A stretch of DNA of 64,000 bases from an uncultured virus (IMG/VR IMGVR_UViG_3300044641_008909) (IMGVR_UViG_3300044641_008909); one strand, 5' to 3'. Counted from the stretch's first letter, positions 20,532 to 30,969 are shown. Translations and numbers: made by a program. The notes: generated from the sequence alone by a model not told the origin.

Positions 20532-21083
20532 TCACAAGAAAATCCGCTCTTTATCAAAAAAACTTGCTGATAAATAATTGTCATCAGATAGTTCTGCAAA
20601 ATTAAATCCTATGCAAATAAATTTATTTTTATTAAAAAATAAACTTCTTGTTTTTTCAATATTTAGTTTATAGAAAGATTTGTCAAACAATCCTGTCTGT
20701 TTAAACAAATTGTACATTTCTTCAACTTTAGTAAACAATTCTTTCGGTTCTATATCTCTGTATACATACCAAATCATATTATTTGGACTGTATTCCATAT
20801 AATTCGTAAACAAACCAATATTCGTTTGTTCTGCTTCAATTTCTTCCATTATTGTTTTTTGAATGCCAATTTTCATAAAAAGATAATAACAAGGTTTAAA
20901 GTTAAAAACCTTGATGTTGTTAAATTGTTCTATTTTTTTAAAACAAAACGCACATAATCCAGAATCATTAACCATCCGAGAAATTGTTTTACAGCAATTA
21001 CATAAGATACTCGATTCAAATGCGTTTTCTTGGGATATTTCTTGAATTGATGTAACAATAATCGGTATTAATTTTTTGGTCAT
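20532..21083 (-). CDS. Hypothetical protein with CxxC pairs
   Basis: CNCC...CAFC. Confidence 0.6.
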   Translation of the reverse strand: MTKKLIPIIVTSIQEISQENAFESSILCNCCKTISRMVNDSGLCAFCFKKIEQFNNIKVFNFKPCYYLFMKIGIQKTIMEEIEAEQTNIGLFTNYMEYSPNNMIWYVYRDIEPKELFTKVEEMYNLFKQTGLFDKSFYKLNIEKTRSLFFNKNKFICIGFNFAELSDDNYLSASFFDKERIFL

Positions 21084-21157
21084 TTTTTAGTCATTTTAAT
21101 TAAAAAATGTGAGCACACATCTAAATAAGTAAAGGATGACTTTTTGTGAGGACATAA

Positions 21158-21358
21158 ATGAAAACATTTACCGATTGGGCAACTGAAAATAACTTGAAGG
21201 TTCCTACTGTTAACGAGAACGCCAAGCGAGGCGGTATCGCTACTTGGGCTTATCCTGATGCTTATGCAAGAGGTCAGTATCCTTCTAACTACTTTATGCC
21301 AATAGCAGCTGATGCGGCATTTAAGTTGGGAATTGGAAGAAAAGTTAATTCCAAGTAA
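21158..21358 (+). CDS. Small capsid-targeting-peptide protein
   Basis: MKTFTDWATE; TAAATA 21122-21127; GAGG SD. Confidence 0.75.
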   Translation: MKTFTDWATENNLKVPTVNENAKRGGIATWAYPDAYARGQYPSNYFMPIAADAAFKLGIGRKVNSK

Positions 21359-21497
21359 TGAAGTTTATGGAATATCTCGAATCAAGAGATAAAATATTTT
21401 TGAAAACATAAGAAGAACTGGTATAGCGCATTGGGTTTGTTCCGATGCCTATATCCGTTTTTATTATTATGAAAGTTGTTTTATACCAATGGCTTAA
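21358..21497 (+). pseudogene. Frameshifted tandem paralogue of 21158..21358
   Basis: MKFMEYLESRDKIF, then -1 frame ENIRRTGIAHWVCSDAYIRFYYYESCFIPMA, 15/31 identical to the upstream protein. Confidence 0.7.
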
Positions 21498-21829
21498 GGA
21501 TTTTTAGCTTTTTTAAGAATTTTTTTTCTTTCTTCTTCGATTACAGAAATTGGATCTTCTTTAACATCTTCTAAATTATTGTAATAGTAACCCCAGAACT
21601 CTGAGTTAGCGGGGCTTTGAATTATAAGTCCAATTTTATGGTATTTGAATATAATTTGTTCAATTTTTTCTTCTGTCAATCCTGATTCTTTTGAAATAGC
21701 AGACACGCTACGCCAATTTTTATATTTTTTATTCCTAATCAAAGATAAGAAAAATTTCTTTTCTTCTTCCCCTTCAGGTGTTCCTTGGGGATATATTTCA
21801 TACCAGTTTGGCATTTTTTTATTATTCAT
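21494..21829 (-). CDS. Hypothetical protein, possible winged HTH
   Basis: WRSVSAISKESGL..EKIEQII..Y.K.GLI; start uncertain. Confidence 0.6.
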   Translation of the reverse strand: MNNKKMPNWYEIYPQGTPEGEEEKKFFLSLIRNKKYKNWRSVSAISKESGLTEEKIEQIIFKYHKIGLIIQSPANSEFWGYYYNNLEDVKEDPISVIEEERKKILKKAKNP

Positions 21830-21844
21830 TACTATAATATAGTT

Positions 21845-22213
21845 ATGAATATCCCAGAACTGTTTCTTTTTGAAAATCATCACAACTATGATTTAAAACT
21901 TTCTAGACCTGCTTATAAGGGTCTGGAAATGATTAAGCCAAGAGGACAATTCTTGGCAGAAAAAGATTTTTTCGAATTTGTCAAAGTTGGTATGATTCGT
22001 TTTATTGGACCCTATAAGCAGAAAGAGGTAATCGTGGAAAGTAAGCTTATTCTTGACCAACCACCTATCGTAACAAATGAAGGCAAGGTTGAACACGTTG
22101 CAGCAGGTCAAACCAGCAAGAAGAAGATCCTTAAGGAAGGCGAACAAGAACATCTAGATGAAGTTCTTCTAGTCGAAAGTCCTTGCTCCAATATTAAAAT
22201 TATTAAAGATTGA
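21845..22213 (+). CDS. Hypothetical protein
   Basis: Likely start MNIPELF. Confidence 0.65.
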   Translation: MNIPELFLFENHHNYDLKLSRPAYKGLEMIKPRGQFLAEKDFFEFVKVGMIRFIGPYKQKEVIVESKLILDQPPIVTNEGKVEHVAAGQTSKKKILKEGEQEHLDEVLLVESPCSNIKIIKD

Positions 22214-22661
22214 TTCTTAATTTTCTAAATTCGGGGGCAAATCGATCCTTTTTGCCCTCTAAATCTTTCATTAAATCCCGTAATTTGTAAGATAATATCT
22301 TTGCATTTACGGGATCACTTATTGTACTAGTGTCTTGAACTGCAACTGTTTTCTTAAGTTTGTTATAAAAACCTTTTGATAAAGTGAAATGATCTTTTTC
22401 TTCATTGTAAGAAATCATCCCAACCCATTCCCCATCATCCCAATTTCTAGAAGCAACAATCAATCTTAATGGCTTATGTGAAAACACAAGCTTAACATGA
22501 TAATCCATCTTCTTCATTGCTGCACTAACATAACCAAGAACTATTTTTGCGTAAGAAACTAAACAATCTTCTTTAGGTGTATCGAAATTAACCTCAACAG
22601 AATATCTCATATTCTGTGAGCCTTCATTCAATGCTTTTATAAACTCATTATAATTGATCAT
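22203..22661 (-). CDS. Capsid-targeting-peptide protein
   Basis: MINYNEFIKALNE; TAAATA 5 nt upstream. Confidence 0.7.
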   Translation of the reverse strand: MINYNEFIKALNEGSQNMRYSVEVNFDTPKEDCLVSYAKIVLGYVSAAMKKMDYHVKLVFSHKPLRLIVASRNWDDGEWVGMISYNEEKDHFTLSKGFYNKLKKTVAVQDTSTISDPVNAKILSYKLRDLMKDLEGKKDRFAPEFRKLRINL

Positions 22662-22691
22662 ATTGTTATTTATCTTTAATGCTAAATATTT

Positions 22692-23324
22692 TTAACGACG
22701 AACAGCTTGACGTTGCTGTGGTTGTTGTGGTTGTTGTGGTGCAGCTTGACGTTGCTGTGGTTGTTGTGGTTGTTGTGGTGCAGCTTGACGTTGCTGTCCT
22801 TGTTGTGGTGCTGCTTGTTGTGGTTGTGGTGCAGCTTGACCTTGTTGTGGCGCTGCTTGTCCTTGTACAGGAACTATTTTAGATGTTGCTCTTGGTAATT
22901 TACCAATAACATACTTGTGAGCAAGCATGTCAGCAAAACTAGGTTTAGGCATCTGATTAGCTGCAATATATCTATCTAAATTTTTGTCAACAATATTTAT
23001 AATTTTATCTTGAGAGTCTTTATTAACTGTATTCCACAAAGTGTCAGAAACATCAAAAATATCTCCATTCTTTACAGATCCTCTACTATTATCTGGTAAA
23101 GATGCTGCTTTTCTAATTAATTCATTTACTTTTCCTTTTTGCTTCTTGACATTATATATTTGTGTAGCCATATCCACAGCTGCACTTGCTGCGTCTGCGC
23201 CCGGAATAAATGAAGCTGCAAATTTACCAGCAGATTTTACAAGTCCACCAAGCCAACCTTTTCCTTGCTGGAGCAAATTTGTTTTTGTTTCTCTTAATTC
23301 GACATATTCTTTGAATGTTTTCAT
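22692..23324 (-). CDS. Capsid-targeting-peptide protein with amphipathic Gly-rich helix and Gln/Pro tail
   Basis: MKTFKEYVELRE; QQRQAAPQQPQQP repeats. Confidence 0.75.
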   Translation of the reverse strand: MKTFKEYVELRETKTNLLQQGKGWLGGLVKSAGKFAASFIPGADAASAAVDMATQIYNVKKQKGKVNELIRKAASLPDNSRGSVKNGDIFDVSDTLWNTVNKDSQDKIINIVDKNLDRYIAANQMPKPSFADMLAHKYVIGKLPRATSKIVPVQGQAAPQQGQAAPQPQQAAPQQGQQRQAAPQQPQQPQQRQAAPQQPQQPQQRQAVRR

Positions 23325-23327
23325 GTA

Positions 23328-24215
23328 TTATCCCATTGAAATGAAAGGAATATCGCCATATCTGGTAATCAATCTTTCTTCCCAATCCTTCTTTTCTTGA
23401 ATCCCCTCTGTCAACAAAGTAGCTCCATCTAACTGAACTCCACCCTGAGCACCGGGCAATGTTGTATATTTGCCTCTAATTCTTCCTAACATAATCTTTG
23501 CATGCGCTAAAGCACCTTCTTGCATAGCCTGATTAACTCTCTGCCAATCATTGTTTTTTTGCAAATAATGAACAATAACAGCAGTTGGTGCTCTCGGAAT
23601 TGGATATAATTTAATATTTTGATAACCACCAAGCCATTCCCAACCACCTAAATTACTTGCACTACGAGCATAAGTTCTTTCATATTCTTTGTAAAGACTC
23701 CATTCTCCAACTCGACCCCAAATTGGAGTCACACTATCAATCATACCACCTGTAATAGAAGCATATGCTCCACCCGGATAAAAATATTCAATAGGAATAG
23801 CTCCACCAAGGTCAGAAGAACTAAAACTAAATGTTGCCATTTGTTTGTAAAAAACATTTCTTACATAACCAATATCTGGAGGCATTGTGTAAATGCTTTT
23901 ACCGGGAATTGTCTGGAACACATGGTATTTAAAGAATTCTCTTGGTGCATATTCTTCATAAATCTGAAGAGATAAATCAACAGCAGCATCAAGTTGTTGA
24001 CTATCTAATTCAATTGTAACTACTGGAGCACCAAGCATTAAAAGAATATAATCTCTAATTTGTGCTTTTACTTTTGTTCTGTTTGGTCTTGGTGATAATT
24101 GAGCAATATCAAGGGGATCAGAAACCCCAAGATTGAAATTATTAGTACTACAATTTTGCGACTCCGCACTTGGACGGGGAAAATACATAGTATTTGAAGC
24201 ACAAGAATATGACAT
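23328..24215 (-). CDS. Neck protein (T4 gp13-like)
   Basis: IRDYILLMLGAPVVTIELD..QL; LGRIRGKY..LPG..GGVQLDG. Confidence 0.85.
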   Translation of the reverse strand: MSYSCASNTMYFPRPSAESQNCSTNNFNLGVSDPLDIAQLSPRPNRTKVKAQIRDYILLMLGAPVVTIELDSQQLDAAVDLSLQIYEEYAPREFFKYHVFQTIPGKSIYTMPPDIGYVRNVFYKQMATFSFSSSDLGGAIPIEYFYPGGAYASITGGMIDSVTPIWGRVGEWSLYKEYERTYARSASNLGGWEWLGGYQNIKLYPIPRAPTAVIVHYLQKNNDWQRVNQAMQEGALAHAKIMLGRIRGKYTTLPGAQGGVQLDGATLLTEGIQEKKDWEERLITRYGDIPFISMG

Positions 24216-24255
24216 GTTTATATATATAAAGTAACAGTCAAATTGAGGAACATGA

Positions 24256-26181
24256 ATGAAACTTTTTAGTGAATACTTTTCTGGACATGTAAGTCACGAC
24301 TTTCATCTGTTCGGAAACGATGATATGGATTTTCTACATCAATTTCCACAATCTGTATGGGCAAGAGCCATTGAAGAGCGATATGGACTTGATTTACCCG
24401 CAGCACTTACGCAGAGAGAAGAAGCTAGAAAGAAAAAAATTAAAGGATTCAGTAAAGGTTATTACGAAACAATACAAGATGCAGCAGACGGAATATATCA
24501 AGGATTGACTTACAAAGGCAATCAGCCTGAAGAAGTAACAAGAATCAGAGAAAGTGCATATAATAATGCAAAAAACTTTATTGATAGTGAATTGGCACAA
24601 AGACCAGATGGTGGTGGAGCTTGGATGAACATCAATTATCCAAGAACAGAATATAGTTTCGTTATTAGAAAACGAGCAACATCTACAACAATAAAAAATA
24701 ATTATATTAGAGAATTAGTTGATAGACTGGAAGGACCAAGAGGAGCAAGTGCAGTTGGTTTTGATTTAAGCAAAATTAGAAATTTCGATCCTGAAAATCC
24801 AGTTGGTAACTGGTACACTATTGGTTTTACTTGTCCACAAGTAAAACAAATTTCAAACAATTTACAATCTTGGGTAACATATGCCTCACAAGGACTTTTA
24901 CATGCACCGAATACTATAGATCCAAAAACACACAGAGAAAGATCAAAAACTGAATATGCTGCAAACACTGAAGCTACAGAAGAAGAAATAGAAAGAGATA
25001 TCTATAGGACACCATTGTACAACAAGTATGCAAAATACATAAAAGAATTAGAAGAAAAATTTATTAAAAAAGCACTTACACAAAAAGATGTAACCATTTT
25101 AAATAAAAAATTTCAACTTAAGAAACCAAATACTGATATATATTCGTACTTATTAGCAAATCGAGCTAGATTTGCTGATGATTTAAGAAAGGAAGTCAAT
25201 ATAAGAAATCCACATAAAATGACATTTAACAATTTATCACATATTGTTCAACATGCTGAACACAGTGTTAAATTTGAAGAAAAATTAATTGATGCTTTAG
25301 TTGATATAGATTTAATCACATATCCAATACAAAATTATCATGGTGAAGACTTTGATACAATGTCTTTCTCAAAGTTAAGACATCCTACAGTAGCTAATCC
25401 TCATCATCCCGGTCAAACGATGCCAGAATTGCTTCCGGGTAAAATACTTTTTAACATTAATCAAACAATAGAAAAATTACAAAAAAAAGTTGCAGACGCA
25501 GAAGCAAAAGAAGATCCAGAAGAAGTTCAAAGATTAGGAGATCTGATCAGAAATTTGGAAGCAACTCGTAGAGTTGGACATCATTATGATCCAAGAGATA
25601 TAGAACAACCTGCTGCAAATCGAAAAAGAAAACCAATATTTTATCAATTTGATAATGAAAGAGATGTTCCAGAAGATTTAGACAAAAGAGATAGAACATT
25701 GGCGGGAGGTGTATACCCAAATAAATCATCTGAATATGAAGCAGGACCGGGCAGACAAGATTTAAATCAAAATTTAGAAAACCTTATGCTTGTAATGGGT
25801 GATGATGATTTATTTGATGAACTTGTTAAAAAATTCGTAAAAGAAAATTATGAGGGAAGATTTAATATTTTCTTGAAAACATTTTATGATCCTGAAGAAG
25901 GAATCATATCGCCAACAACATATTTAGCTTTTAAAAATCTAATAAAAGATAAAGCTTTAAGGAATTTAAGACTTTTTAATTTAACTCGTCCAATAGCGAC
26001 AAGACTTGCACAAACTGTCATTTCACAAACCTTGAGAAGTTTAATGAGTAGCCTAAGTTATGTATTATATAAAAAGAATTTAGGAGTTTCTGGAACAATG
26101 AGAAAAAGATTTGGCAAAGATGCTGATGCTGCTGCTGTTCGAGCAGCAATAGGTGAGATGATGGATAAAGCAATAACTTAA
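24256..26181 (+). CDS. Large hypothetical protein with capsid-targeting-like N-terminus
   Basis: 641-aa ORF, MKLFSEYF, GAGG SD. Confidence 0.75.
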   Translation: MKLFSEYFSGHVSHDFHLFGNDDMDFLHQFPQSVWARAIEERYGLDLPAALTQREEARKKKIKGFSKGYYETIQDAADGIYQGLTYKGNQPEEVTRIRESAYNNAKNFIDSELAQRPDGGGAWMNINYPRTEYSFVIRKRATSTTIKNNYIRELVDRLEGPRGASAVGFDLSKIRNFDPENPVGNWYTIGFTCPQVKQISNNLQSWVTYASQGLLHAPNTIDPKTHRERSKTEYAANTEATEEEIERDIYRTPLYNKYAKYIKELEEKFIKKALTQKDVTILNKKFQLKKPNTDIYSYLLANRARFADDLRKEVNIRNPHKMTFNNLSHIVQHAEHSVKFEEKLIDALVDIDLITYPIQNYHGEDFDTMSFSKLRHPTVANPHHPGQTMPELLPGKILFNINQTIEKLQKKVADAEAKEDPEEVQRLGDLIRNLEATRRVGHHYDPRDIEQPAANRKRKPIFYQFDNERDVPEDLDKRDRTLAGGVYPNKSSEYEAGPGRQDLNQNLENLMLVMGDDDLFDELVKKFVKENYEGRFNIFLKTFYDPEEGIISPTTYLAFKNLIKDKALRNLRLFNLTRPIATRLAQTVISQTLRSLMSSLSYVLYKKNLGVSGTMRKRFGKDADAAAVRAAIGEMMDKAIT

Positions 26182-26777
26182 AAAGCAGGGGTGTTTCTGG
26201 TGATACAACAAGTAATCTTGTGACCACCGGGAACATCCTCAATTTCTCTCACTTCCCACCATCTTTTTGAATCATCTTGTGGATATAACACAGATCCAAT
26301 TGTCAAATTATCTAGTTTTGTCCAAAATATAAGTACAAAATCATTTTTGTTCATAACTATAGATTCAAATGTAAATTTATCAATAAATTTTACCTTTAAT
26401 GCAGTTTCACCATACAAATCATCTTTCACTTCTATTTTCTTTGCTAAAGCACAATGCATAATAGTTTTTTTAAAATTATCAAATTCATTTGTTTTCTTTT
26501 TATCTTCAACAACTTCTTCAACGACAATTTCTTCAGGAGTTTCTTCAATAACAATTTCTTCTTCAACAATTTCTTCTTTAATTGGTTCAATTACCTTATT
26601 TTCTTCAACAATTTTCTTCTTTCCTAAAATAACATGAGGAATATTTGATTCCATTTTGCAATTTGATAAGTTTGATAAATTGTGTGTTTTGAAGGCACTC
26701 CACGATTCCTGTGTGAACATAATTTCATTAGGTCCATTTAATTTAAAAACACTTCCATCTTTTTTATGAATTACCAT
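26178..26777 (-). CDS. Hypothetical late protein
   Basis: TATATA 5 nt before ATG; Glu-rich linker. Confidence 0.7.
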   Translation of the reverse strand: MVIHKKDGSVFKLNGPNEIMFTQESWSAFKTHNLSNLSNCKMESNIPHVILGKKKIVEENKVIEPIKEEIVEEEIVIEETPEEIVVEEVVEDKKKTNEFDNFKKTIMHCALAKKIEVKDDLYGETALKVKFIDKFTFESIVMNKNDFVLIFWTKLDNLTIGSVLYPQDDSKRWWEVREIEDVPGGHKITCCITRNTPAF

Positions 26778-26814
26778 CTAAATATATATAGATCGAATTA
26801 ACTAGGAGTTTTTC

Positions 26815-27219
26815 ATGGCATTAGTAATTCCAGATGTTGGCGAAGTAGTTCTTTTAAGCAATATGCTTAATAAGGTAGCACCAACAAATACTGTGTTGCG
26901 TCTTTACTCAAATAATTTAACACCAAGCTCAACTACTGTGTTAGGTGATATAACACAAGTTACTGCTACTGGATATGCAGGCATCACTCTAACAGCAGCA
27001 ACTTGGACAGTTGCAACAACTTCTGGTGTTACCACTGCAAGCTATCCAGAACAAACATTTAATATTACAGCAGCTGCAACTGTTTTTGGATATTATATTA
27101 CAAATGTCGGTGGTGATTTACTATGGATTGAAAGATTTACCGCTGCTCCTTTTCAATTGCCCGGAAGTGGTGGACAGATCCTGATTACAGCACAAATTTC
27201 TCTTAACAGTTGTACTTAA
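26815..27219 (+). CDS. Putative virion structural protein
   Basis: LRLYSNN.TP...TGYAGITL..WTV; AGGAG SD. Confidence 0.65.
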   Translation: MALVIPDVGEVVLLSNMLNKVAPTNTVLRLYSNNLTPSSTTVLGDITQVTATGYAGITLTAATWTVATTSGVTTASYPEQTFNITAAATVFGYYITNVGGDLLWIERFTAAPFQLPGSGGQILITAQISLNSCT

Positions 27220-27226
27220 GGAAAAA

Positions 27227-27763
27227 ATGACAATATATAAACCAGATGGAAAACCATATTGTCCCACAGGAAGCTTGCAGCAATTCGATGATGGATTGCC
27301 AGAAAGAAGCTTGTTTGATCTTTATGATGAAGAAACAATCCGTCTGGGCGGATCACCATTGTTCTATTATGAACTTTTCATAGATGCAAATAATATTGAT
27401 CCTCTTTATGTTGAATCAAGAGCAAAAATTTATAGTCAAAATCCTATACAACTATGGTGTGTATACGAACCAATTCCTTCCCAAAATATGCAAACTGCTT
27501 TTGGTATAGATTCACCTGATGAAATGACATTTGATTTGAACTATCGTGCAGTTTTAAGGGATCTTGGTCACCCACCTAAAATAGGTAGTAGAGTCAAGAC
27601 TCCATTTTTAAATGAAGATTGGGTCATTATTGAAAGAAAATTAGGTGAGTTTAAACTATATAATGCATTGAGACTACAACTTATTTGTCAGAGATTCCAA
27701 GAAGATACTGTTAGTGGTTCATCTGTTGGAAAGACTGAAAACGCTGATTTTAAGATAGTTTAG
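27227..27763 (+). CDS. Neck/head completion protein (T4 gp14-like)
   Basis: E.IRLGG..Y..DPLY.E..FGI...DE..F pattern; neck/tail context. Confidence 0.65.
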   Translation: MTIYKPDGKPYCPTGSLQQFDDGLPERSLFDLYDEETIRLGGSPLFYYELFIDANNIDPLYVESRAKIYSQNPIQLWCVYEPIPSQNMQTAFGIDSPDEMTFDLNYRAVLRDLGHPPKIGSRVKTPFLNEDWVIIERKLGEFKLYNALRLQLICQRFQEDTVSGSSVGKTENADFKIV

Positions 27764-27771
27764 GAGTAAAT

Positions 27772-28470
27772 ATGAAGACTTTTTATGAGATGTACAGAAT
27801 TCTTGAAAACAAAAGGGTTTTTAGAGAACAAGATGCAGGTGGCATGCCGATGCCCGGTATGATGCAAAATCCTAACCCCATGGGTGGTGGCAATGCTGGC
27901 GCTCCTCCTGCTGGTGGTCAACCAGATTTTTCTGCACAAGCACAGATCCCACAAGATCAAATGAATACTTTCCAAAATCAACAAGGTCAACAAGGTGATG
28001 CGCCAGCAGACACCGATGAATCAAATGTTGCACCAAGCGAAGGTGGATCAGATACAGAAAGCACTAAGTCAGCTATTGAAACTCTTAAAAATCAAATTGA
28101 AAATTTCAAGAGTCAAGATGAAGACAAGGGTGGACAAATTGAAGATCTTTTAAATCAACTCGATAATCTTATCAAGAGTATTTCTGGAGAAGATGAAGAA
28201 GGAGAAGAGGGAGAAGAAGAGGGTGGAGAAGAAGAAGGTGGAGAAGAAGGTTCTCCTGAAGGCGCTCCAAATGTAAGCGCACCGCCAACAGGTGGTGATA
28301 TGAGTGGCGGCGCAGGAGCAGGTGGCGCAGATCAAGGCTCTGGTGATATGAGTGGCGGCTTTGGTGGTGGCATGGGCGGCATGGGCGGTGGTATGGGTGC
28401 TGGAATGGGTGGCGGCGGTCAAGGCGGCGGTAGCGGCACTGGAATGGGTGGCGGCTACGGCGGAATGTAA
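27772..28470 (+). CDS. Low-complexity (Gly/Met/Gln/Glu) protein with capsid-targeting peptide
   Basis: MKTFYEMYRILE; AGGAG SD. Confidence 0.75.
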   Translation: MKTFYEMYRILENKRVFREQDAGGMPMPGMMQNPNPMGGGNAGAPPAGGQPDFSAQAQIPQDQMNTFQNQQGQQGDAPADTDESNVAPSEGGSDTESTKSAIETLKNQIENFKSQDEDKGGQIEDLLNQLDNLIKSISGEDEEGEEGEEEGGEEEGGEEGSPEGAPNVSAPPTGGDMSGGAGAGGADQGSGDMSGGFGGGMGGMGGGMGAGMGGGGQGGGSGTGMGGGYGGM

Positions 28471-28487
28471 TTTGTAAATTTAATTAA

Positions 28488-29000
28488 TTATTGAACTCTT
28501 CCCGCCTCTCTACTGTAGGCGGGATCACTCATTCGATTAACAGGCGGCGGTGAATTTTTTAGTTCTTGTCTTTTTTGGTTCAACATATTTCTTAATATAG
28601 CAAAAGTTTGAACAGTCTGATTTTTGTAATCTATAAAATTCTTTGCGACATTATCTAAGTTTTTTGAAATATTGCTGATACCACCGGTAGCGGCTGACTG
28701 GTCATTGGGACTTAGACTATTAATCGATACACCAGCTTGTTTAAGTGATTGTACTATTAACGGAAAATTTGCAGACCATCTATTTTCGAATTCTTTGCTT
28801 ACATTCATTTGATTGTTAGCTTGTGGATTGCTTGGTGCTGCTCTTCTTACACTTGTGTCACGATTATCTGGGAAACCAGTTGTTTGTTGCTGATTAGGAG
28901 CAACAGGTGCTTTTTGCTGATTAGGATTAACAGGCATGCCTGTTCTTGTATCTTCAGTATAATATCTGTTACTTGCCATCCAATCAAAAAATGTTTTCAT
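28488..29000 (-). CDS. Capsid-targeting-peptide protein
   Basis: MKTFFDW; exact TATAAATA 6 nt upstream. Confidence 0.75.
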   Translation of the reverse strand: MKTFFDWMASNRYYTEDTRTGMPVNPNQQKAPVAPNQQQTTGFPDNRDTSVRRAAPSNPQANNQMNVSKEFENRWSANFPLIVQSLKQAGVSINSLSPNDQSAATGGISNISKNLDNVAKNFIDYKNQTVQTFAILRNMLNQKRQELKNSPPPVNRMSDPAYSREAGRVQ

Positions 29001-29006
29001 AATGTT

Positions 29007-29014
29007 TATTTATA
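29007..29014 (-). promoter_or_regulatory. T4-type late promoter TATAAATA
   Basis: Exact T4 late consensus 6 nt before ATG 29000. Confidence 0.7.
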
Positions 29015-29081
29015 CAAATAATTTAAATTTAATTTTATATTTATAAATATTTTGATATTTAACTAAGAGTATAAAGTAAAA

Positions 29082-29915
29082 TTACTTTTTCTTATTCAGT
29101 TTCTTAAAATTTACAAGTTTATATCGTAGCTTGCTCTTCACCACAGGGCAAGCTACAATTTTTTCTAGAAATTCATCAACACCTTCAATTCCTTTTTTCT
29201 CAAATATCATCTTAAGTTGTTTGTACTTATCATCAAATTCTTGATTTAAATTATCTTTCCATACATGTTTGGCAACTTTTCTTCTGTTATTAAAAACTAT
29301 ATCGTTTCTTTTCTCTCGCTTCTTTCTAATTTCAGGAGACATTTCTTCAACATTATATTCAACTTTTTTAGGAAGAATAAATATTTGTGCATAAGGCTTA
29401 CCCTTCTGAAATATTTGTTGCTGTCCTTCTAATGGTGATTTAAATACAACAAAGAAAATACTGCTCCAAAATTCTCCTTGAATATGACCCGGAACAGCAC
29501 ATGGAGTTGACCAAGTAGGATCTGTATAAAAACTTGGATGTGGTTCAACTCTGATTATATATCCCGGCGGCGGCTGAATGTCTAAACTTGATGTGAATCC
29601 ATAATGACCTTCTGCAAATAATCCAAACGGCGGAATTGTTGAATACTTTACATTTAATTTTTCTTTTGACCAATCACCATCAAATATAATCTTTCCACCA
29701 ACATTCTTTACTATCGTTGTCGTATCAAAGTGATATATTAATTCTAATGCGTATGTACTTGCATCTACAAATGGTAAACAATGAAATGGCTGTGCTTTAC
29801 TGCCATTGGTATGATCGTTAGACTCCCCAGCAAAACCGGGGATTTCTATCTTGATTTTACGGGGTCCAATACTGGAACCGTAATTTCGATAAAGCACTTT
29901 GAGTTTCTTGTCCAT
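29082..29915 (-). CDS. DUF6065-like / dUTPase-like beta-clip protein
   Basis: HCLPF; PPGY..VPGHI..KGKPYAQIF; upstream TTGATT-16-TATAAT. Confidence 0.5.
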   Translation of the reverse strand: MDKKLKVLYRNYGSSIGPRKIKIEIPGFAGESNDHTNGSKAQPFHCLPFVDASTYALELIYHFDTTTIVKNVGGKIIFDGDWSKEKLNVKYSTIPPFGLFAEGHYGFTSSLDIQPPPGYIIRVEPHPSFYTDPTWSTPCAVPGHIQGEFWSSIFFVVFKSPLEGQQQIFQKGKPYAQIFILPKKVEYNVEEMSPEIRKKREKRNDIVFNNRRKVAKHVWKDNLNQEFDDKYKQLKMIFEKKGIEGVDEFLEKIVACPVVKSKLRYKLVNFKKLNKKK

Positions 29916-29970
29916 GCAATTATTATAGTTAAAAACAAGGTAAAATCAAGAGAAACCACTATATAAAATT

Positions 29971-30969
29971 ATGCTTCCAATAGGTCCAAATCCAAATCAC
30001 TACGAGAACCAGATTAACCCCTGCCCAGATCTAAGCATTTTAGGCAGATCAAACAATACTGATCCACCTCCCGGTATGGATTGTCATGTTCCACCAGATA
30101 ATCAAAATAATATCGGCGAACAAGGCGCTGCCGATTGGCTTAATGATAACTTAGTTCAAAATCTTGGCAACGGCGCAGCAAATAACTGCGATCCAATGCA
30201 AGCTGGCAAAATTGTTAATGATCCAGCAGAACAAATAGATCAAAATATAGTATACAGATATTCAAAAGCATTAAGAGGAACTGACGAAGCTGTAATGGAT
30301 TTGTTCAGAAATATTGTCGTTATTGATGAAGAAGGAAAAGCTCATAATATTCCAATCATTTGGGCAACACAAGAAAGAGCAGTTGCTGCAATCCTTCAAC
30401 AAAATGTAAGAAAAGATGAAACACTTGTTGTTGATAGAATCAAACTTCCTATGCTTGCAATTAGTTCAACAGGATATGAATTAGATGCAACAAGATACAC
30501 ATATCATCAAGCAGTAAGATACATTGAAGCTTATACTGGATCTTCACCAATTAAAGCACCAAAATATCAAAACAGAGAAACATTATTTGGAGTTTCAAGA
30601 GGAATTCCAATCAATGTGTCTTACACAATGTATGCTTGGACAATGCAACTTGAAGATATGAATCAAATATTAGAACAAATTGTTACAAAATTTAGTCTTG
30701 TAGCATACATAAAAGTTAGAGGCGTTTTGCAAGAAGTCATTGTTAAATTGGATTCTATTGCTAATAACCTTGAAACCGAACCCGGAGATCAAGCTTTAAG
30801 AGTAATAAAATTTCAATTCGGACTAACTGCTCAAACATATGTGCCACTACCAGTTAAACAATACGATTCTTTGATTAAAGTGGTAAAGGCAGATCTTGTT
30901 GACTCAGTAGACGAAGCGACAATAACAGAGGTTCTAGCAAAAATAGAGGAAACGGCACCAATTTTATGA
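29971..30969 (+). CDS. Tail terminator/sheath stabiliser (T4 gp15-like)
   Basis: LFRNIVV..IPIIW..LPMLA..P.NVSY..EDMNQILEQI; upstream of sheath. Confidence 0.8.
   Translation: MLPIGPNPNHYENQINPCPDLSILGRSNNTDPPPGMDCHVPPDNQNNIGEQGAADWLNDNLVQNLGNGAANNCDPMQAGKIVNDPAEQIDQNIVYRYSKALRGTDEAVMDLFRNIVVIDEEGKAHNIPIIWATQERAVAAILQQNVRKDETLVVDRIKLPMLAISSTGYELDATRYTYHQAVRYIEAYTGSSPIKAPKYQNRETLFGVSRGIPINVSYTMYAWTMQLEDMNQILEQIVTKFSLVAYIKVRGVLQEVIVKLDSIANNLETEPGDQALRVIKFQFGLTAQTYVPLPVKQYDSLIKVVKADLVDSVDEATITEVLAKIEETAPIL

Noticed and set aside
22679..22898. Poly-Val and Leu/Trp ORFs
   Set aside because: Antisense readings of the Gln/Pro repeat
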